DNA of 64,000 nt from positions 62,930,001 to 62,994,000 of the forward strand of contig OX597821.1 of assembly GCA_951406725.2 (NCBI GenBank), written 5' to 3'. Within the stretch, counting starts at the first letter, position 1, and every line of letters begins with the position of its first letter. Of this stretch, positions 1-10,865 are shown in pieces. A program made the translations under genes and the position numbers. The stretch comes from Octopus vulgaris. Lineage: Eukaryota. A model generated the notes under the pieces. It was not told the DNA's origin. It did no database searches and worked only from the letters and a program-made list of their open reading frames with translations.

Positions 1-239
1 TGCAAAGCTTACATGTACAAAATAAAGAGAATCAAACATTTAACTTTCACGAAATAGACAGTGTAGATACGTAAGATAGCCTAACAGGACAAACATCTAT
101 GCGCAAATATTAGTATTGATATATATATCAGTGTGTTGTTCATATATATATTTAGAAGCTACCATATGTCCTGAATGGATTTGAAGTAAAGTACTCACCC
201 ACGTACATATATGTAATACATACATATATGCATACACTG

Positions 240-246
<7 letters not shown>

Positions 247-336
<90 letters not shown>
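247..336. repeat. (TA)n microsatellite
   Basis: Perfect TA run of about 90 bp; source of the YIYIYI ORF at 241. Confidence 0.98.
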
Positions 337-369
337 ATTAATGAAAGGACAAACTCAGTATGTTTCCTT

Positions 370-498
370 GCTGGAAATAACAATCAACAATCTTACTTTA
401 ATCGCCAAAACTCACTGATAATAAGCACAGTAATCAACTATAGTTATTATCAATGTATGTATGCGATTTAAATAAGAGTTTCGACTGTCATTTCCAGC
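370..498. mobile_element. Short MITE-like element with imperfect terminal inverted repeats
   Basis: gctggaaataacaatcaacaatctta (370-395) matches the reverse complement of 473-498 (gctggaaatgacagtcgaaactctta) at 21/26 positions. No TSD identified. Confidence 0.4.
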
Positions 499-695
499 TG
501 GTTGACATACTTCGTATATCCTTTGATTAATTTTAATCCTTCAGCCGTTTAATGCTGTTTGGGGCCTGCAATCGCCTATATTATTGATTCTGTTATTAAC
601 ATTTTTAAATTGTTTCACTAGACAATGAGTCAATGATATCTTTGCAAATTATTTTTCTCGTGAATAATTTGTTCCGTATTGAAATATATAAACAT

Positions 696-698
<3 letters not shown>

Positions 699-734
<36 letters not shown>

Positions 735-743
735 CACACACAG

Positions 744-799
<56 letters not shown>

Positions 800-836
800 C
801 AATACTAAGCATATATATATATATATATATATATAT
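699..836. repeat. Compound (CA)n/(TA)n microsatellite
   Basis: CA run followed by two TA runs. Confidence 0.97.
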
Positions 837-1514
837 AGGCAATCTCTCCCAAATCACATCATGTGTAATTAGACTTCTCAGATACGCTGCTACACCTATT
901 TCGACAGTCAACCATTTTTATAACCATGCTTCCAAGGATTAATATCTTACTAACTTGGAGACATGATTATATTTCAATTAGTATGCGCAAATCTCGCGTA
1001 ATATGTTGTTGCGAATGAGGTAAGAAGATTCACAATCGCTACCAAGCATTAGAGGTCAATTTTTATACAACATCTATAGAAGCGATTTACTGATTTGGTG
1101 AGTTGCGAACGCTAATTATATTCACTAAATGCGATTGTTCTTTGTAACTGTGCACCCATATCCATCATCATGCTATTACATTATTTATTTTTCTTTTGTC
1201 ACGTTCTTCCTTTTGCTAAACTGAATTGTTTAGCAGGAAATTCGTTACATACATTCCCGTCCAGGTTGACATTCGTTCTTTTATCAGGTAGCTGAAATTT
1301 TCAATGATAAATTATAAAGTTTTATACTGAAACTCTATGTATATTTGGAACCATTCAGTTTCACTGTTAGGATACGTTTTCGTTATCTATATATGTCAGC
1401 CAATACTTGTCTGCAACAACTAATCTTGTATATTCGTTTTTGGTAGAAATGGTTATATCTTCCTATATCACTGCGAGATACGCGCAACAATCGTACTGAA
1501 TTTTGTCGTTGCAA

Positions 1515-1515
<1 letters not shown>

Positions 1516-1561
<46 letters not shown>
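1516..1561. repeat. (TA)n microsatellite
   Basis: Direct reading. Confidence 0.97.
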
Positions 1562-1562
<1 letters not shown>

Positions 1563-1837
1563 CGATAGTGTAAGCATTCATCAATTTGTAGGCACGAGAT
1601 ATTTTAAATCTACATTGTCTGTAGTGTTTGCACTGATTATTGTGATAATTTTTGCAATTGTGACAGTTTTTGTCAGCTCTGCATTTTTCCTCGGTACATT
1701 CTCGGTCAATCCGTGACGCAATTTCGTGTTCATTCCATTCCGTTAATACGCGTCTACTTCAGCAAGAAAAGCTCCTTTGCCGTTTATGTTATTGTAAACG
1801 TGTATTACCCGCAAATTTACCTTCATGAGACTGCACT

Positions 1838-1897
1838 CTTCTGTATATAACTGTATATAACTTCTGTATAGAACTGTATATAACTTCTGTATAGAAC
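1838..1897. repeat. Short minisatellite, 23-bp unit cttctgtata(t/g)aactgtatataa, about 2.6 copies
   Basis: Direct reading of the tandem units. Confidence 0.85.
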
Positions 1898-3398
1898 GAA
1901 TTTATATATAATTATTTCTTCCCTGTACATTGCAAACACTTATGTACGTACATGATGTGCGTACATTGATGTACATACACATCAATTGCGGCTGAATGAC
2001 TTGCGTACGTATTTTCATAGATGTGCACATATCTGCGAGAAAGGGACTGACGTGTGAGAGGTGAGTTTCTGTTTTGCGATAACCAACACAAGTGTCTAAG
2101 CTTCTGGGTCGAAAGCATGGCCCTAAATTATTTGTCATTAAATTCATATGCATATTTATTTTAACTTTCCCGAGAATGTCCTATTTTATTCAACGTGATC
2201 TTTACAGGAGTGCTCTGATAATTGATTGAAAGTCGTGTACCACCAGCTAGCTTTTAAAATATTTATTGTAGCATGTTCTTTTATTAAAATGGCTAACTTA
2301 CGTAACAAACTAGCAGTATGTGTGGCAACTTGTAGCTGCAGTCGTTTTAGTTTTAGCTGACAGAATTAAATCAACCATTACCTTTTCCTGTTTCATCTGA
2401 TTCACTTTCGTTCATTTCCATTACCATTTACATCTGCCCGATTTATATATGTATCTATATGTGTGCATGTGTGTGTGCGTGAGTAAAGAAGAAAACCACA
2501 TGTTACATTGTTTGAATAAATTATTGAATCATGATTCAATAACTTTGTTAATACACTTCAAATGTAACGGAAAGGGAGAACAGTTGCTATCTGAACTGAT
2601 ATATGGTGTAAAGTAAAGCTTTACACTCAGTGTAGGTTGGGAGTGTTAAATTAATATTTTGCAACACTTTTTGCTGTTGATTGTGTGTTATAATCGCTTA
2701 ATTATCTTTAATTATCGGATTCTCAATCATTCAATACTGTACCATAATATCAATAAGCATCTGTGTGTCCATGTGTTTCTGTGGTCGTGCACATGTATGT
2801 CTGCGTTAGTGTGTTTCCTTCAAAAATACATATATGATAAAGTACCGAATATTGAACACACAAAGAAAGCATAAGCACACAATTTCTCACACAATTATCA
2901 AATTTATACCACTTGGTTGATATATCATAATCAGTCCAATACTCACTTTATATTTTTATGTAATTATCACAGGTGTAGTATCTCATATCAAGCAAAATAA
3001 ACATGAATAATTTATTTTACAAAACCTTTCAGATTTATATCCCACTACCTCAAACAAACATGCACGTATATACTTATGCACACGAAGAGATGCGATCAAA
3101 AGCATTAAGATATACATAAACCAATATGTGTATCTACGTCTATGTGTTTGTTGGTCATGGTTTTTTAAACATATTTAATACTGTGTGAGTATAAATATAA
3201 TAAATCAGTTTGTTATCCAACGAGCATTTCCTCTGCCGATTGGCTGTATTAACCGTTTTAATATTTAATTATGAAACGAGTTTAAGCGATTGTATTAATT
3301 TTTAATTATATGCATTTACATATAGAAACATTGAAAAATTTAAGTACATAAGAGAGAACTACTCAGCATATTCAGATATATTTATATATAAATCATTG

Positions 3399-3771
3399 TG
3401 GCATTTCGCCGGTTATGACGACGAGGGTTCCAAATGATCCGATCGTCGGAACAGCCTGCTCGTGAAATTAATGTGCAAGTGGCTGAGCACTCCACAGAAA
3501 CGTGTCCCTTTAACGTAGTTCTCGGGCAGATTCAGCGTGACACAAAGTGTGACAAGGCTGGTCTTTGAAATATAGGTACAACAGAAACAGGAAGAAAGAA
3601 AGAGAGAGAGAGATAAAGTCGCGGTGAAAGAGTACAGCAGGGTTCGCCACCACTCCCTGCCTGAGATTCGTGGAGCATTATATGTTTTCGCTCAATAAAC
3701 CCTCACATCGCCCAGTCTGGGAATCGAAATCGCAAGTCTGCTGCCCTAACCACTGGACCATTTTGCCCCAC
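3399..3771 (-). mobile_element. tRNA-derived SINE (family D here), near full length
   Basis: Minus strand starts with a tRNA-like head (tggtccagtggttaggg ... gatttcgattccc). The body matches 13745-14002 (+) and the tail matches the end of 48738-49010 (+). Confidence 0.85.
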
Positions 3772-4199
3772 TATATGTAAATAATACAATAACCGACACA
3801 ACGTAGCGGAAATACAATCTTCGTTGATAGAATAGGGCAGAAAAGAACTGATATTCTGTATTGCCAAACAATATTAATAATTACTATATATTTACTCCCC
3901 CTATATGGTTAGAGTGAATCTTTAACATTTAAACAAGCGGAAATATTTCTAATACTAGTAAAATAAAGTATTTCCGAGAAATTATTAATGAAGTAGTAAA
4001 GAGAAAGAAGCAAATTAGACAGGAATAGGAATCCCTGTGAAATAATATAGACGCTAAAATAAAGCAGCATTGACATCAGGGATGTAGTGTAAAAGAACCG
4101 ATTACGTATATTATTATATATTAAATGATGAATCAGAAGACATTCTTTTGTTATTTATATAATCACGTTGTAGATGAAAATAAGCACCGTCAGAAAAGA

Positions 4200-4555
4200 T
4201 AATCGGTGTGGAGATAACTATAGGATGGAGCACTGCAAAGGTTCAGGTTATGTCTGTTTGCAAGGAACCTTGAACAAGTGATTATTCAATAGTGTCTAGC
4301 AGTCCAGTGAGTGCATTTAGTAAACAAAACCTGTGGAAATGTCTCTTATACATGTTTGAGTGAGCGTGTGCTCCTTTCTGTTTATATTTAATTGGCACTA
4401 ATTCACAACCGCTGTTAGTTTGTTTACATTCTTGTAACATATTAGTTCGGTAAATAATTAACCAAATGAAACCGAAATTTCTACAAATATAGTGTTATCC
4501 TACAGTTTGGGTTGAAGCTCAGACTGAAAGATAACCGTAGTCAAATAAAGCAAAC
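4200..4555 (+). mobile_element. Highly diverged SINE (family A)
   Basis: Patchy similarity (aaccttgaacaagtg, gtgagtgcatttagta, gtttgtttacattcttgtaac) to the intact copies at 55330 and 60806. Confidence 0.5.
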
Positions 4556-4578
4556 TCACACATGTCTGTCTGTCTCCC

Positions 4579-4620
<42 letters not shown>

Positions 4621-4631
<11 letters not shown>

Positions 4632-4810
4632 TTAGAGACAAAACCACTATTTTGTAAATCAAACAAAGATAGACTTAATCCAATACATAAAAAAATGTTA
4701 ATATAAATTAAATAAAATTTTAATTTATATTAAAATTTTTTTATGTATTGGATTAAGTCTTTCTTTGTTTGATTTACAAAATAGTGGTTTTGTCTATAAT
4801 TAATATTATA
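4621..4810. repeat. 190-bp near-perfect palindrome (92-bp arms, 6-nt spacer)
   Basis: 4621-4712 is the reverse complement of 4719-4810 with 3 mismatches. It lies in a cassette (about 4623-4891) flanked on both sides by (TA)n. Confidence 0.95.
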
Positions 4811-4891
4811 TAATATTTTACTATAAAATTGGATTCAATCCTAATTTTGATTTTCCCTGTAAATTTGGATTTATTCCCTAATATTTATTAT

Positions 4892-4947
4892 TATATATAT
4901 ATATATATATATATATTATATGCATGCATGTATACATACACACACAC

Positions 4948-5008
<61 letters not shown>

Positions 5009-5040
5009 GCCCGCATGTATACACACACACATATACATAT
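4892..5040. repeat. Compound (TA)n/(CA)n microsatellite with an internally duplicated unit
   Basis: The unit (TA)n-ttatatgc..gcatgtataca-(CA)n occurs twice in tandem. Confidence 0.9.
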
Positions 5041-5498
5041 AGTTATATTTACATATTTGTGTATTACAATCCTCCATTGTTGCTGAAAAAAAGAATCTAA
5101 ATGCATTCTTTTTGTAATTGTTAAATCAAATATCAATTTTCCTAAAACAGGAATAAGTGATCGAATTTCGTTTTTACGTTCATTATATTTTATCGAATAA
5201 TATATCAGAAAATACGTATCAGCAGTAAATTGCAGGGAATATAACAATATATATTATTCGAACCTATTTTACTTATGCATAATCAAAAGTTAGTATTCCT
5301 GTTTTTTCTTTTTATTCCACTGATATTATCTTAATTAAAATTTTCACTCAAATATACATGTATTAATGATTTAGATTAATTATTGGTTACTTCATACATT
5401 ATATGTTAGTAAATTTCTACACTTTTATTTTGGCTTCCCTTTAATAATTGTTATACCGATGGCGTTTTCATCTGTGGTGAAATATCGATTATAAATGA

Positions 5499-5499
5499 G

Positions 5500-5576
<77 letters not shown>

Positions 5577-5772
5577 TATATATATATATATATATATACA
5601 TACACACATATATATATATATATATGTATGTATGTATGTATGTATATATATATATATATATATACATACACATATATATATATATATTCATACATCATAT
5701 ATATATATATACATACGTACACACACACACACATATATATATATGCATACATATACACACACATATATATAT
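5499..5772. repeat. Compound (TA)n/(TATG)n/(CA)n microsatellite
   Basis: Direct reading. Confidence 0.97.
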
Positions 5773-5974
5773 TATACGAGGTAATATATTGAGGTGATTA
5801 ATTATTAGCCACTAGATTTTACATGGAATTAGCTGGTAAACTCATTCCTCTTCCATGGTTAAAATGTAAAAACAAAAATTCTCTCTCTCTCTTTGTATAT
5901 ATGTGTGTGTGTATCTGTGTGTGCGTGTGTGTGTATTTATATTTCATATATATATATATGAAATATAAATACAC

Positions 5975-6026
5975 ACAAAAACTCTCCGACGAACGGCAAC
6001 GTGAAACTCAGAGTAACAGGTTTTGT
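5975..6026 (+). ncRNA. Minimal type I hammerhead-ribozyme-like motif (U4-to-C variant)
   Basis: acaaaaactct-CCGACGA-acg-gcaa-cgt-GAAA-ctc-a-gag-TA-acaggttttgt. Stem I pairs 9/11, stem II is 3 bp with a GNRA loop, stem III is palindromic, triplet GUA. Followed by AATAAA (6047-6052) and (TA)n. Confidence 0.6.
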
Positions 6027-6052
6027 TGAATTTTCTGCTGCTTTTAAATAAA

Positions 6053-6055
<3 letters not shown>

Positions 6056-6101
<46 letters not shown>
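6056..6101. repeat. (TA)n microsatellite
   Basis: Direct reading. Confidence 0.97.
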
Positions 6102-6104
<3 letters not shown>

Positions 6105-8567
6105 CACCACTCACTAGGTTATATGGGGTCGATGCAAGGTAAGAATGAATAGATTTGGCGAAGCAGCGAAGAGCGAACATAAACAAGATAACCAGAAACT
6201 ATGTCGCTGAGGCAACAAAATTATTTCCACATAATCTGACCTGCACCTACTTTATATCAGAAAATATAAAAAGTGCAGATACAGGCTGCGCTGAATCTTA
6301 AAACAAACGTCGAACTCAGAAGACACATTTTTGTCTCAACATATTCTAAAAAGTGTATATATCAATAGGTGATGGGAAATTGCACAGAGACGTCGGCATT
6401 AAACATGTACGATGTTCTCACATATATAGTGTAATTCGTTGAAGTATGTCGATCAACAAGGGCACATCCAAGCAATTGTCTGACAAACTTTCATCAAATG
6501 AAAGGACCTGTAATTTTTTACCATAGACAGTTCAGATTGAGATGGGTCTGCTTTTCAAGTAAACTACTAGGAATCAGATGCATGTTTCGGTCTTGTTAGA
6601 TTTCATAAGTAAATTGATTTCTATCCGGGTAGCAAGCCTCAGATGCAAACACACATATACACATATACCTGGGTATATGCTCAACATAATTTTTGATTCA
6701 GGAAAATTATCTCTTCTTAGAACTTTCAGCATTTGGCGTGCCATTACGTAAAATGACAGGCTTATTGTCAGCAAAAGCACAGTTTTGGACACGTGTTTCT
6801 AACTCAGTAGTCGTAATCATATGTATGTGTATATATATATATATATACATACATAAATACATATATACACACATACACACATATATTATATATATGCGTG
6901 TGTGTGTGTGTATACGTACATAATAATACATATATCTATACATACTTTTACTAATACATACTAACTGGTGTAGCATTTACCTACAGTTTAGATCAGCAGT
7001 TGAATAAAGGGAACTTACTCGCCCACTCCTTACACAATTTTAAGCAAATTGTTTTCGAGATAACCTGTATAAAAGATTACTACATAACTCGTTAAAATAC
7101 AATCAGATTCCGTATAAAACAATTTACAAGACTTCAAATGTTAATATTCTAATGCTTGAAAGCATATTGTTAGTTACCAACAGTTAAGCGATTTTCACCT
7201 TGCGGAACAATGATTGAGAACCACTTAATAATCAATATGCGAAAGTAACTACAATAACATTTAAGAATTACAATAAAAACGTGACATGACATGTAATACG
7301 ATATTTCTCCATTTAAAATCCGCCATTACCATCATTCCCATTCATTTACAAAATTATGTCAAATGTTTTAATTTACAATTCTACATTCAAATTAGCGCTT
7401 GCAAATTTTCTCTCATATTTTTAATTATAACAACACACAAAGAACACCTGACATTTCTATAGTGCGCGGTAATTGGGAAACTAGTTATATATGCACAACG
7501 TATATATCTTAAAAATAACTGTGTATGTAGAATCATGTATGTATGCGCTAGTGTCGTTCTGAAATTCTAAAAATATATGAAATATATAATATACTATTTT
7601 GATTCACAATGAAACTAATACGGGAAGTCAGATGTCGTTGATTAAATTCTGTAAGAAACACTGATATGGATTCTACAATATGATATTGATAGCATAGCTT
7701 AAAGTATGGCTTTTGATATTTAGGGTATCCAATTTAAACAATTATAATTCAAATAAATACCATATAGAAATGTAAAAATTATCAAGTGAAAAGTACTTGT
7801 TCTTCAAGATTAAGATTTACATATTTAAGATTTTAAAATATAATACACCGTGCATGTTTTGGCATATTAGTTAATTCATCAGCTACAGGTGACTTAAACA
7901 GCGTGGTGGTTGATGTGTGTTAATGCCAATTATATATTTATTGATACATCATATTCATCAACATATATATGATAATCTGCAAATATATATGAAGTATGGT
8001 TGATTGTATTATTGTTTATGTTAACACTACATTAACAAATAAAACTCTATGGAATTTGTCTACATATATTTATATAACTAATATCTCGTTCGTCATCTCA
8101 TCAGAAGCAGATTAGTTAAATATTTTCAATTTGGAGTTATTTTGACATCATAATATTTCAATAAAGTGTTCTAGTCACAAATTTTTCGTATAAAGTTAAT
8201 CTATTGATGTATACATACAACCGTACGCACATACATATATACCGAGAGGAAGTTGCCACAGTACCGAAACAAACTCAACTACTTAATGAATGCATACGAT
8301 CAAAATGACAAGAACGATAGTAGAATAAGAAATTAAATTGAAATTTGAGGTTACTATAATGACGATTAACATGTAATAGATAAATACGCTTATCATGGGA
8401 ATGAAATGTGTTAATAAATTGAAATGATTAATAAATTTAATTGAATTAACGTGATAGACTAGTTAGAAAAAACAATAATTCATATTAAAGTAAAACCATG
8501 TTTAAAACATTTAGTGGCAGAAAAGAAATACTTATACATGCTCTGATTTATATATGTCACAGATATA

Positions 8568-8568
<1 letters not shown>

Positions 8569-8614
<46 letters not shown>

Positions 8615-9011
8615 GTACACACACATGAACACATGCACACAAACAGTCTACAACAAACACACATTAGTTAGTTCCACATTTAACTTCGCATATTCAATGT
8701 TAGAGAAAAGAGTGTTTGACTGTTTAAATATGTACGTACATAAATACATATTTAGAAATACATAGAGACTCCTTTTATATCTTAATTTGAACACTTGATA
8801 TGCGCACACAAACAGACGGATATATGTATATACACACAAACACACACACACACACACACACACGAAGAATGGTTGTTATTTATGTATGTGCAGGTGTGAC
8901 GTGCGTATATGTGTGTACGTATGTGAGTGTATGTGTGTGCATGTATGCGTGTTTTGTGTATGTGTCTAGGGTGTGTTAGCCTGCGTGCGTGTGTGTATGT
9001 TTGTACATGTT

Positions 9012-9050
<39 letters not shown>

Positions 9051-9110
9051 CTATATATACCGATACGTATATACCTATACATTTATATGTATGTATGTAC
9101 GCATGTATAG
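8569..9110. repeat. Cluster of (CT)n, (CA)n, (TG)n and (TA)n microsatellites
   Basis: Direct reading; interspersed with short unique spacers. Confidence 0.9.
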
Positions 9111-10622
9111 ATTCGTACATACTATCATTCACACGCATATATTATACATGCAGGCTGGAAAATATTTAGTGCACCTAAGTTATAGTCTTACGAATTTATT
9201 TGCATATTTTCATTTATATCTAAAACTACAATCTGTATGTGATACAGAGATATTACCATGCTTCAGGTTCCTATTTTATTGAAAAATATAGTGATTAAAA
9301 ATGATGTAGTCATGAGTATGTAAGCAGGAAATATTTCAGTGGAAAGTGAGAAACATACACGTATTTCTCTAATTTAACATTTATGTTACAAATAAGAAGT
9401 TGAATGCATTTATTTTATATCACATATCTATACCGGTTTTTCTCTTTCGATTTAATATCAATTTTATTTCTCCGATATAATGTGCCGTTTCTAATTTTCA
9501 TACTTTTGTTGCTGAAACTGTCCTGGTGATATTTTATGGTAACTTAGTACCCAAAACAGAGAATTCAACATTTAATAGGTATGCCAGAAAAATTGTAAAG
9601 CACATTGGTAAAGAACACTGAGATTGAAAATATCGAAGTAATTCAACTATGTAAAACAACATAAACTTGACATGATATACATACATACAAACACACATAC
9701 AGACATAAACGCACGTATACACACGCAGACACACAAACATACATATACATCGCCATACAAATATATGTCGTTTCTTTAAGAATAGCGATGTACAGTTTGT
9801 AGATGTGTTTTATTTTCTGTTCCCACTGCCAGTGAAATCAACATTGAATGTATTGTATATTTCCAAATGATAGCAGTGTTTTCGAGCGCTACAGTAAACA
9901 TATTAGATGTAGATCGGGTTTCTTCAGATAACGCAATTGGTGATACATTATCTTGAAGACAGCATAAAAATTAAAGATACATTATGCAGAGTGTTTATGA
10001 TTACTGATTACGATTTTTCATGCTGAAACCAGCCGAATCTCAGCCAGCCACTGCATTGAAATCGATTATCATTTTCTGGTGATTTATAGTGACTTTTCTG
10101 TCTCAGTTTCAGTGGCATTTATGTCTGAAATAGTGAATCACATTTATTTAGATTTTAAAGAGAAACTGGGCTATTTTCTTCATATTTATTCACATCAGTA
10201 GTTTCGTATAAGGCGTGTGGCGATAGTATAAATTGTTGCATCCTTTTTGTTTTGCAGATGACGATATGTCTCAAGATAAATTAATATATACAGTATGCAA
10301 TATGAAAATCACGTTCTCAACATATAACTTCTTATTTTGCTGTTAACTTTTTTTATTTTGTGTTCTATATGTTCATTAAATAGTGTCTAAACCCAAATGA
10401 AAATGAATCTGAATGTGCAAAGAGTAATCTAGGTTTCCTAGCAAATTGGTTTATTCGTTAATTTAAGTTCGAAACGTAAGTCCGGCAACAAAGAATGGCA
10501 AATGTTTATTATTTTTCATTCCCTTCGAAATTGCACTTAAACGTGGTTTGGATTTTCACTGTTGCATCTAGCATGTAAAGTGTCTTGTTAGGGTCACCTC
10601 TTTTGTGTTTAAATCTACACTA

Positions 10623-10666
<44 letters not shown>

Positions 10667-10670
<4 letters not shown>

Positions 10671-10865
10671 GGAAAGTTTACGAAAATAAACAAAAGTCGA
10701 AGGCAGGTGGTGTACAAACAAACAGATGTATTAGTATAGCGCTCAGGAATAGAAAAAGTCTATTACGTTTCGAGCCTACGCTCTTCTACAGAAAGATACA
10801 CAGAAAAAAAACAAGGAGAGAAACAAGGAGAAAAAAATGTGTGTTGTAGCTAACGATCTATCATG
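10667..10865 (-). mobile_element. Short interspersed cassette abutting (TA)n, probably Penelope-terminal-repeat-derived
   Basis: About 200 bp non-coding unit whose minus-strand 3' end runs into (TA)n at 10626-10667. It contains the hammerhead-like motif at 10759-10796. Confidence 0.5.
10759..10796 (-). ncRNA. Variant minimal hammerhead-like motif
   Basis: Minus strand reads tcttt-CTGTAGAA-gagc-gtag-gctc-GAAA-cg-TA-ataga. Stem II is 4 bp, stem III is palindromic ACGT, triplet GUA, stem I pairs 4/5. The core deviates from CUGANGA. Confidence 0.45.

Noticed and set aside
5451-5494. Hammerhead-like layout ttata-CCGATGG...GAAA-tatcgat-tataa next to a TA array
   Set aside because: Two core mismatches, no clear stem II and no NUH triplet in the register that pairs stem I. 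Could be a very decayed relic but cannot be supported.
8081-8110. Minus-strand CTGATGA-gatgac-GAAC
   Set aside because: GAAA box incomplete and no complementary stem I.
10258-10292. Candidate microexon after a strong acceptor (tcctttttgttttgcAG), ending at gtatgc
   Set aside because: 35 nt, not frame-preserving, weak donor and no recognisable peptide; needs RNA evidence.
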